Source: Guillardia theta CCMP2712 (Eukaryota > Protista > Cryptophyta). From it: DNA of 54,797 nt. Below, piece after piece: positions 45,027 through 54,797 of this stretch (position 1 is the stretch's first letter; each line of letters opens with the position of its first letter). The notes beneath the pieces were generated by a model. The model was not told the DNA's origin and did not search any database. It saw only the letters and a list, made by a program, of their open reading frames with translations. Location of the stretch: positions 37,900 to 92,696 of the forward strand of contig NW_005434533.1 of NCBI RefSeq assembly GCF_000315625.1. Direction: 5' to 3'. Both the position numbers and the translations under genes were made by a program.

Positions 45027-46709
45027 GAAAAAGGAGCGCCGCTGACAGAGCCATAGCCGAAGGCAAGCTTGATCTAGGGGAGGAAAAGTCAGCGAGCAGC
45101 CCAGAGAGATGCGACAGAGACTCAGAGGAAGAGGGAGTATTTGGGACCTGCTTGAAGATCCTCTCCTTCCAGAACCTCTCAGTGTTCTGAACTTCTCGCT
45201 TGGGGATGCCGTCCTGCAGCGTGTCAGCCTTCTCCATCCCCTCCTCCTCCTCCTCCTCCTCCTCCTCCTCCTCCTCCTCCTCCTTCTCCTCCTCCTTCTC
45301 CTCCTCCTCTCCTTCTCCTTTCCACATCCTCTCCTCCTCGTCATCTCCTCCTCCCGCCATGGCTTCTCACCTGCAGGAGCTCAAGCGTGCAGCCCTCGTG
45401 CGCGCCGCGGTCTCGGATGGTGATTCGAAGGTTGGAGAACTTTCCAGGAGCCCAACAGTTCATCCTCCACTTCCCTCGCAAGTGTTCGTTGACCACCACC
45501 TCTTCGTAGCCGCCTGCATCCCGCGGATCAGAAGAGCAGCTCGAGACTGGTGGGGGGTCGGGGGGGAGGAGAGAGGAGAGAGGAGAGAGGAGAGAGGAGA
45601 GGAGGGAGAGAGGAATAGAGGACAGGAGAGATGGAGGAGTGAAGTGAAGGGCCAGCGAAGGGAGTATGTTGGCAGTGAGATTGGCAACGAGGAGCATGGC
45701 AGCACAGACCTGTGACGAGGCCTGAGAGGATGGAGAATCGTCCTCCTGGCTTCGACTCGATCATCGCGTCAGAAGATCTTGTGTAGGCGTTCACACGCCC
45801 AGCGTTCATCAGGCAGTCCCAGATGTCGTCAGGGCGGGCCGAGAACTCTTCGACGATCGTGAGGTCCCCGGTCTCGTCTCCACCTTGATCAACTGTCGTC
45901 GGCGTCTTGGGCTCTTCGATCACCTTGTTGACCTTCGCCATCTTCTCTGCCGCCTCCTTCACCTTCTCCGTGTCTCGTGGCGGCGAGTCGCTGTTGGAGG
46001 AGGAGGCCTTGGCGTTGAGGTCGTCCAGGAAGGCCTGGACAGCTTTCACGACCTCTCTCGTCCCATCCTTCCGCAGCCATCGACCAGCCGCTGCTCTCTC
46101 CTCCCCTGTGCCGAGCACTCGAGCCTCGATCTCAAGCTCGTTCCTGTCGTCGACCGTCACCTCGGGGAAGACAACTTCGGCGGTGAGCGGAATCTCCGAC
46201 CCCGAGCCCTTGCTGCAGGTTCCTTCGAGGGACAGGACGAGACGGATATCGCAGAGAGGCCACAGGCGTCCCTTGCGGAGATGAATGACGCAGTCACCCG
46301 TCATGCTCGTCACGTTCACAACCTCCAGGTACCCACTGAGCCCTTCGAAGTTGGACATCTCTGACCTGACACCCTTCACCCGCTCAGCCAGCTGCTGTCT
46401 TGACCATGGCATCATGTCCCTCTCTTCCCAGTGCCAGGAACCACAGTTTCTTCCATCCTCCCTGTCCTGTACGATCCATCGTGGGTCTCCTTTCCCCACC
46501 TCTGCGCCTCCTCGCAGCCTGAGCGTCGGGCAGGGGCGGGCTAGGGAGCCGAAGCAGGGCAAGGAGGATGGAGGACCGGAGAGCATGTGAGGGACGTTGG
46601 AGGAGAAGGGGGAGGAGAAGGGGGAGGGGGAGGGGGACGCGGCACAGGAGAGGAGGACGAGGACGAGCGCCGCCATCAGCCGCAGCAGATCCATCATGTT
46701 CTCTCGCAT
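45008..46709 (-). CDS. AHSA1: Activator of Hsp90 ATPase (Aha1) with signal peptide and transit-like extension, 4 exons
   Basis: GKGDPRWIV..REDGRNCGSWHWEERD and RKGR in the N-domain. C-domain EEFSARPDDIW..PGGRFSILSGLVTG, KWRMNCW, CTLELLQ|DGIP, FWKERIFKQ|IKLAFGYG. Confidence 0.88.
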
Positions 46710-46734
46710 GTTCTACCGATCCGCGCGGGGATGA

Positions 46735-47335
46735 GGGCGTTGTCCATGGCCCCAACGGCCCCCGCCGGCCCCGGGCCGCGCCCGCGCCGCGGCCGGGGGC
46801 CCGCCCTTCCAGTCTTGCTCCGTCGGCCCGCCCTTCGAAGCCTGGAGGCTTATGGCAGGCTCAGCGCCGCCCAGTCCCTCACACTGAGAGTCATGAGAGC
46901 AGTCCTCAGAAGGCCCGGGGGGGGGCAGGCGCCGGGCCCGGGGGGCGGCGGGGCCGACCGTACTCGGAGTACTACGGTACCGTCAGTGTCGCCGGTAGTC
47001 ACGGCGAGTCACTGCGGCAACCCGGCGTCACTCGGACTCAGCCCGGCCTAGCACGCGGCGGCAAGCAGGCTTGCCAGTGACTCGGGCGCGGTGGGCATGG
47101 CCGGCGTGATTCTTCCGAGACTCGGAGGCCCGGTCACGGCCCGGTGCTTTGACTCAGTACCATACTGGCCCCCCGGTGAGTGACGGGAGCCTGCGCCGTG
47201 GCCGGCCGGGGGGCTCGGCGGGCAGCCGGGCGCCGCAGGCTTCACGGCCCGGTTTGTTGCCCGGCCCCCGCCCGGGCACGCGGCCCGGCCTCAGCCGACT
47301 GTGACACGGTTACAGTGGCGGCCAAGTACAGTCCT
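46735..47335. other. Very GC-rich CCGG/CAGT intergenic tract 5' of Aha1
   Basis: Dense ccgg, ggcc, cagt/actg words, including ccgggcccgg at ~46932. Confidence 0.6.
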
Positions 47336-47506
47336 TCTTCGCGTCCGACCTAGCTTACGACACGGTTTCAAAGATGATCATCGGTAACAACAACTGCCAG
47401 GGGTGCTCGTCTGTGAACTACGGGCTGCAGCCGCTGAGTGCGAGCTGAAGTGAGGGGACATGTAAAGTTATTCATATTTACTGTCCTGATTCAAGTCAGA
47501 CTTACT

Positions 47507-49338
47507 TTACACGCCCGGTCCCACGTAATCAATGGCCACGTCCTTATGATCAGATCTCTGCCAGCCGCTCCTCCTCCTCCTCTCCTAGATCGACCCCAGC
47601 TGCTGTCCACCTACACCCCCAGGAACGAGGGTCTGCTAACGTTGGCGGATGCTGCACCTGACGCTCCTGCTGCTTCACTCAGCTTTCTCACTCCTTCACA
47701 TGTGCGTGCGATGACCTGCAGGGTCGTCGACGATCAAGCCATCGGGGTCGTCGTCGTTCAGATCTCCGATCTTCTTCTCTGCCCAGGAGGTGAGGAGGAC
47801 GAGGTGAGGAGGAGGAGGTGAGGAGGAGGAGGAGACGGCGAGAGGAAGGACGGGAGGAGGAGGATGAAGGAGGAGGAGGAGGAGGATGAAGGAGGAGGAG
47901 GCGAGGAGGAGGAGGAGACGGCGAGAGGAAGGACGGGAGGAGGAGGATGAAGGAGGAGGAGGATGAAGGAGGAGGAGGTGAGGAGGAGGAGGAGGAGGGT
48001 GAGGAAGGTGGAGAGGAGGAGGAGATGGAGAGGGCGGGAGTTACACAACAATATCTTACCGTCTCCCTCCACTACGAGCGCCTTGTCTGTCACGTACAGG
48101 TCAACTCGAGCGGCGGCAGCTGCTACGTTGTGCTCTCACCTGCCGTCGCTGCCGTCCGGCTCCTGGAGTTACACACTGGAAGAATCAGCTCCCTCGGCTC
48201 CCTGAGCAGGAGGTCAGCTGACTGAAGCCCTTCAGCGTCCACCAGGGGCCCACCAGCCGAGGATCCTTGCCTTTTTGTGAAGTATCTCATCTGTCTTTTC
48301 CCTTCCATGAAGATTGTGAGGGCACAAGGAGCAGTCAAGAGTCTTCTTACCATGAGTTTGTCTTGAGGGAGATTACAGTGTTTGCCCAGTCCACAATGTC
48401 GTTGAGACGGTTGGAACCCTGACGAGAGCAGTCAGGAGGGCACCGCACTTACTCGACGACTCGCCTCATGCGGGATGAGATTCCCGATCTTGATCTTGTG
48501 CAGTCGATGGGACCAGCGCTCGTAAGAACGCTGAGCTGGGACGTGAGGAGGAGACAGACGAAACAGCACGGCAGACCTTGTACTCTAAGAGGATCTCGGA
48601 CAGGCTGTTGTACTCGCACTCCTTGAACATGAGGTCCGGTCGCCGACTGAGGCCGATGGCGCCAAGTTTGCAGTTGTAGCGGATCACCTTCAATGCAAGG
48701 ATGAGGCAGTAGGAGGGAGGGAGGGAGGAAGGGAGGGAGGGAAAGGCAGAGAAGTCAAGGTACGCGAGTGAAGGGAATGTAGTGGAGGGATGACGAGAGG
48801 GAGGGAGTGAGGGGATGGAGGAAGGGAAGGGGGGAGGGAGGGAGGGAGGGAGGGAGGAAGGAGGGGGTGCAGGAGACAAGCTTACCAGCACGATGTGTCC
48901 ATACTTGTGGCCATCGATCTCGGAGTTAAAGATGACGGGGAGTCTCTCAATATCCGACATGGTCTGCGTCAGGTAGATGCCCAAGTAAACGGCCTCCACA
49001 CACTTGATGGGCAAGCATTCCCGGATGACGCGCTTGGCGACTTCCAGAACTCGGAAGAGACTCTGGTTCTGACGAACTCCCTTGACGTTGAAGAAGTTCT
49101 CTCCTGTGAAGTTGTACTCGAACCCCTCGATGTACTTTTGGATCATCCTGTGCCGGGACGTGGGATCGCTCGTGAGGTTGAGCCGCGGGACATCAGGGCG
49201 AGGAGGGCACGGAAGGTCTGATCTGGTTTTGATCGCCTTTACCATCTCAGCAAGTTTTTCTTCTGAGAGCGGAAAGCTCACGTCCTTGAACTCAGGCAGC
49301 TCCGTCAGGGCACGTGACACCTTGGACTTGTAGTCCAT
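47507..49338 (-). CDS. VASH: Vasohibin-family tubulinyl-Tyr carboxypeptidase, multi-exon
   Basis: IQKYI..FEYNFTG..FF, IRECLPIKCVEAV (catalytic Cys), YGHIVL (His), GAIGLSRRPDLMFK, SLSEILLEYK|RSYERWSHRLHKIKIG. The C-terminal exon chain is tentative. Confidence 0.9.
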
Positions 49339-49784
49339 GGTGCTCCGACCTCTCTTCCTCTCTCCACCTTTCCCCCTCCCCCTCTCTGCTATCTCATTAT
49401 CGGTTTCAGCTCTTTCACAACCTTTCCTCCTCTTCCTCTTCCTCTTCCTCTTCCTCCTTCCTCCTCCTCCACCTCCTCCTCTACTCCTCCTCCTCTTCCT
49501 CCTTCCTCCTCCTCCTCCTCCTCCTCTACTCCTCCTCCTCCTCCTCTACTCCTCCTCCTCCTCCTCTACTCCTCCTCCTCCTCCTCTCCTCCTCCTCTCC
49601 TCCTCCTCTCCTCCTCCTCTCCTCCTCCTCCTCCTCCTCCTCCTCCTCCTCCTCTCCTCCTCTCCTCCTCCTCTACTCCTCCTCTACTTCCTCCTCCCTT
49701 CAGCACGCTTCATCAAGTCCAGTGGCGAACATGGCAGGCCGTTGAAATTTCCAGCACCTCATCCCCGCTCATTCACTCCCACAC

Positions 49785-50100
49785 TGTGACACCCCAGTAC
49801 GGTCTGCCTCAGAGTCTGCCCAGTGCCTGCCAGTCCGAGGCTGCAGCCAGTCTGCACCCGGGGGCCCCAGCCCACACCTGAGCCCACACCCAGTCCTGCC
49901 ACTGGTCCTGCCAGTCCTGCACCCAGTCACTGGCTCAGCTGAGTCACCTGCCCTGTCACTCTCCTCAGAGGCCGCTGGTCTCCGGGACTGGCCTGCCAGC
50001 CTCCGGCTCGCCGGGAGGGGGCAGTCCGGTCCTGTTCCAAGTTCACCGTTTTTGCGGCTGCTGTTATTGCCAGCCGCCTGTTTCAGTGCGGCCGCGAGTC
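49785..50100. other. CCAG/CAGT-rich degenerate short-period intergenic tract
   Basis: Iterated ccagtcctgc / cacccagt units between vasohibin and eIF3e. Confidence 0.55.
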
Positions 50101-50243
50101 ATTGTCTGTGATCGCCGCGTTCAGGCTCAGCTGGCGCCGGGCGATTGATCGGACGACCGTGAACGGTGACACATTGCCACATACTTTGCATCGAAGAATA
50201 TCTTATTTCTAGCTTTTCAAAATCCCCTCTTTCCAAATATCTT

Positions 50244-52195
50244 CTACATATCGTCTTCCCTATCGTACTTTGATCTCTGCTTGGTGAAGTTTCCCGCAAG
50301 CACGTAAGAGCGAAAGCACAAAGACTTGGTCTTAGTGCAAACCTGAAGCAATGGTCAGCTATCAATCGCCAGACTGAAATATTCTCACCTGCTGATACAC
50401 GCTCGGCTTCGTGCTACCCATGATGACATGATGCTTTTCCGAGTCAATCTTCGCATCTAGTCTTGCATTACGAATTAAGTTCACGATCCACAGCTCTGCC
50501 TCTTCTTGTCCCATGTTCAACTTATCAGCAAGCATAGAGATGTCTATGCACTGATGAATCCTGCAGTAAGTCTCGAAAATGAACAATCTTGCATTCTGAA
50601 TGAATTCCTCGCTCAATCCTTGCAGGAAGTAGTCACTCGCAAGCAGTTTCTCGCACTGCCTGAGCTTCTCCTGTGCGCTATCGAAGTCGTAGTTAACCAG
50701 CAGGCACTCCACGAACTCTGTGATGGGGTCCCTGTACGTGTGGTGCTCCTGCTGAATGATTCTCACAAGGTCCTTGAGGGCGTTTCTTCGGCGGGGGTTG
50801 GTGATCACCGCTGCTGCCAGGTACCTCAAGATGTGCGAGCAGTTTGTCTGGATGGTCTGAAGATAGGGAGGAGAGAAGAAGAGATCGATGACCTCGCTCC
50901 TTGAGTTAGAAAGTTTGCTGGCTTCAGGCTTGAAGTACACGAAAAGACTCCAATGCACCAGCCAAGTACGCTGCTCGAGCTGCTGCAGAGGGTTGGACCA
51001 GTGCTGCGCGGGTGGATCAGCGAATCGAATTCAACCGAGTCAAGCATCCTCTCACCTTGGTGTCGATCGCTTCCCTCAGCGTTCGGAGATCATCTGCCGC
51101 CTCCTCCCACTTGCCAAGGAGGATTTCGGACGCCAGTTTTCCCCATAGAGCAGAGAAAGCATTCTCTGAGTTAGGATCGGCAGTGAGCATTCTGTAGATG
51201 GGGAGGAATTCAGCAGCTCCCATCTTGTCAGATCCCTCCACCATTCCATAATTTCCGCATTCAAAGTACAATTTCGCATATTTGTAAAGGGCCTCCACGT
51301 GCTCGGGAATGATATTGTGTTTCTCCTTGAGTGACACCAACGCTTCCCTGTATGCCTGCGCGCTCTTCTCGCGGCTCTCCCCCTCCACCTTGATCTTGCT
51401 GAGGGAAGGATCTTCGATGACAGTCAGGAGCTGCTTGCAGTCAGCCTTGAGGGCCTTCAGTTGCAGCACGACATCCTGCCTTTGGTTCTTCAAAGCTGCA
51501 TCAGAGACTCAGTATGATCATGATAGGTTCAGATCAATCAAATTGAACTTTGTACCTTCCGGAACGTCTTCAGTCTTGTGGATCGCCTTATACTTCTCGA
51601 TAGCAGAGTCGATGAGCTTGGTTTTCTGCAACAAGTCGAACTGGGCTTTCAAGATATCCTCCTCCGCATAGATCTGAAAACCGAGTCAGAGCCGAGCAAA
51701 ATCTTGCATCAATCCGGCATAAGAGTCGTAATCACGCATTCAACATGGAGTTCAGCGATCAAATATAAAAATTTGTAAGATATGAATTCGTTCCATACTC
51801 GAGCAAAACGTACATCACGCACAAATTCCCATCTCCTGAGAAACATAGCAATTTTCCGGAAATAGAACTGCTTTCATCCTAAGAACGAAACATGAATCTG
51901 AGACGAGCTACCATACAGAACGGAGAAGTTCACATGAATAATTCAGTACAAAAGATCATGTAAAGCATCAATCGAAACAGATACACCATATCAGCGATCA
52001 AACATCCATGGCACACAAACCAATGCATGTAAGACCATTCAGAAGAGAACCTCAAGACTCCAACAAGGATTGGAACAGGAGGGGGAGGGGAGGGGAGAGG
52101 CTTACTCCTTGCTGCTGGACGTGCTCGAGCAGGGGAAAGATCAAGTGTTTGTCCAGATAGCGCGCCATGCGCGGTACCAGATCCAGCCCTGCCAT
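50244..52195 (-). CDS. EIF3E: Translation initiation factor 3 subunit E (INT6), 5 exons
   Basis: [107 protein letters not shown]|V..KTKSL. Confidence 0.95.
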
Positions 52196-52548
52196 CCTCG
52201 CCGATGCCACGAGGGCTGCCCTGCCGTCGAAAAAAAAGATAACCGTTATCACAACCGTTATTCTCTTCTCCATGCATGTGTAACGGTCAACTGATCGTTA
52301 CATTATTACCCTCATCCCCTTGCAAGCCCCTGCGAGGCCGCTTCATGGTCTGCTAGCCTGCCGTCGACGCGACCTCCTCCTCGTCCTCCTCTTCCAGGCG
52401 CCCCCTTCCCTCCCCTTCCTCGTAGCCTGAAGACATTTCAGCTGGAAGCCTGTGTGCCTGCTCGCCTCTCTTGGCTGGCAATCTTCTCAGCTCTGCCTGA
52501 TCCAGGCTGTTTGCGCCCTGATTCCCGACGTCGTTCCAGATATTGTGG

Positions 52549-54797
52549 ATGCAGCGCACAATCCTGCCCATCCTCTTCACTCTCGTGGCGCCTTCGCTCG
52601 CATTCACTCCGACGATCGGTCTCCGCAGGCCGTCCCCTGTTTCTTCTGTGAGCCTCAAGCACTACAGGAGCTCGCCGCGCCTGAGGTCTGGCCGGGTCTC
52701 GTTTAGGATGCAGCAAGAGATCCAGGACGGCGAAGGTCCTCGAGAAATTCTTGAGTGGGCGAAGAAGAGGGAGCAGGAGAGGGCCAAGACCCCCGATGCC
52801 TCTACTGTCCCCTACGGTGAGTGGGAGTCGCCCATCACTTCCAAGGACATCACAGACGGGACTGTTGGGTTGGGGTCGCCGACATTCGATGGCGAAGAGT
52901 TGTACTGGCTGGAGTCTCGTCCCAATGAAGGAGGTCGGCAAGTTATCGTGAAGATGGAGGGAGGGCAGCCTGTCGACCTGACTCCTCCCTCCTTCAACGT
53001 GCGCAGCCGCGTTCACGAGTATGGCGGTGGGGACTTCATAGTTAACAAAGGCGTCATCTACTTTGTGAACTTCGTGGATCAAAGGATCTATGCTCAGCTG
53101 GCGTTTCCAGGGGTCGATCCTGTTCCCATCACCCCAGAGGGAAAGTTTCGCTTCTCCGACATGGTCGTGGACGAGCGCAGGAGCCGCCTGATCTGTGTGG
53201 TAGAGGATCACAGTAGAGAAGGAGAGCCGACAAACTTCATCGGGTCGGTCAAGACGGACGTTGAGGAGGGAGCTGCTCTTACTCCTCCTGAGGTGCTCGT
53301 GGATGGGCAGGACTTTTACGCTTCTCCTCGTCTGTCGCAGGATGGGGAGCAGCTGGCGTGGGTGAGTTGGATACACCCGAACATGCCGTGGGACGCGACG
53401 GTTCTTACTCGGGGAGCCCTGGATGCGAGCGGAAAGGTTGCCAGCAGGAAGGTGCTGGCGGCAGGGCAGGAGTCGATCATGAACCCTGTACGTGCTTGAT
53501 GTCCGTGCCGGCTCCGCCTTGTGACGTGCCTCAACAGACTTGGGATGCCTTCGGTCAGCTCTACTTCATCTCCGATCGCTCTGGCTGGTACAACATCTAC
53601 AGAGAAGGTTTCGTCGGAGTGTCCGCAAAGAATGCTCTCGTTTCTGATGAACATGCAGACGAAGGAGAAGTTGTTGCGGTGAAGGAGATGGAGGCAGAGT
53701 TCGCAGGTCCCATGTGGAAGTTGGGTAAGACCTGACAATCTCATGTTGGTTTCTGACACCTGCCGGTAGGATCGAAGCCGTTCGTTTTCCTCCCCGACGG
53801 AAGAATCCTCTGCAACATCAAGCAGGTGGGTCGAGGACAGCTGGAGAAGGGAAGGGCAGTGACCGCAAGTTAGCCCAAGGTGGCTGGGAGCCGTCTGTCG
53901 ATTCTTGACCCTTCCAACGGGAAGGTGGAGGTACAAGGAACTCTCGTGGAGAGGGAGGAGGTGAAGTTGTCGCAGAACATAGCTTCTTCCTACACCCATG
54001 TCGGAGGGTTCGCTGTGAGCTTTTCTCATCCTGTGCAAGCTCGTTGGTAAGGAGCAGCCTTGCAGGTATCAGAAGACAAGATCTCTTTCCTCGGAGGCTC
54101 CGCCCGGCAGCCTACAGAGCTTGTCATCGCTCCGGTGAGGAGGAGGAGTTTACAGCTGCTGCTCCAGCTTGTCTTGACATCCTGCAATGTCAGATCGCCA
54201 AGTTTCCAGCGAAGAAGTCGGACCTGACTGTTGTGAAGAAATCATCGAAACTAGAGGTTCCCTCCGCCCTCCCTCCCTCCCTCTCTCCCTCCCTCCTCCC
54301 TCCCTCCCTCCCTCCCTTCCTCCCTCTCTTCCTCCCTCCATCCATCCATCCCACCTCGCCCTCTCTCTCGCCCGTGGTTGTTGAAACATCCTGAATTTTC
54401 TGCCTCCTTTGTCTTCTTGTCCGTTCATTTTTCTCTCAATTTGATTTCTTGCTCTCGTTTAGATCAAAAGTTTGTACCTCTCCGAACCAACATCGATCGA
54501 GTTCCCTACAGGTGACTATTTTTTCCCTCTCCTCTTGCTCCTGCTCCTGCTATGTCCCCACTGCATTGAATCGGTTGAGCTTCTGCAGGACGTCCGGGCC
54601 AGACTGCATGGATGATTTACTATCCACCCCAGGTACTTCTCCTTCATCCCTCTGCCTCCTCTACACACCCTCCTCCTCTCCTGTCCTGTCCTTCCCTCCC
54701 CTCTCCTCCCCTGGGGGACTCCACTCGAGGCCGGGGGGGGGGGGCTTGTTGGGTTAGGGCTGGCGGTGCCAACAGCTAGGAGGACTGTTGGTAATGG
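52549..54797 (+). CDS. S9-family (acylaminoacyl/dipeptidyl) peptidase with bipartite plastid presequence; truncated at the window end
   Basis: Signal peptide ending SLA-FTP plus an S/R-rich transit peptide. PYGEWESPIT, WLESRPNEGGRQV, FNVRSRVHEYGGG, DFYASPRLS, WIHPNMPWD, FISDRSGWYNIY and AEFAGPMW match the propeller of bacterial-type S9 peptidases. Confidence 0.88.

Noticed and set aside
24041-49338. Apparent microtubule gene cluster (DNAI1, HAUS6, vasohibin)
   Set aside because: Interspersed with unrelated genes over 25 kb; no evidence of co-regulation.
51675-52100. Longer AT-rich first intron of eIF3e (and of UBE2E at ~10062-10620) as a possible snoRNA host
   Set aside because: No convincing C/D or H/ACA box arrangement seen by eye; a covariance-model search would be needed.

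Overview
Gene-dense eukaryotic nuclear DNA with many short spliceosomal introns filled with (GGA)n/(CCT)n low-complexity sequence. Bipartite plastid-type and periplastid-type presequences suggest a cryptophyte-like alga with a secondary plastid (inference). Recognisable genes: a head-to-head pair of intronless, secreted PhoX-like paralogues; a UBE2E-type ubiquitin E2; a ~22-exon trpD-trpE-trpG fusion; a frameshifted PX-domain fragment; a 4-TM protein with GYN(S/R) repeats; an SLC35F6-like transporter; a DNAI1-like dynein intermediate chain; a HAUS6-like gene; a UBAP2-like gene; an alpha/beta hydrolase; an atypical kinase; an Aha1 with signal peptide and LRLRGG; vasohibin; eIF3e; and a truncated S9 peptidase. 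The most striking observations are (1) the PhoX-like pair, which lacks most metal-ligand motifs and alternates near-identical blocks with hypervariable patches in inverted orientation, (2) the trifunctional Trp fusion, (3) the ubiquitin-tail-like LRLRGG presequence on Aha1, and (4) two recurrent classes of intergenic sequence. All exon structures were read by eye and family calls rest on remembered motifs; no database searches were run.
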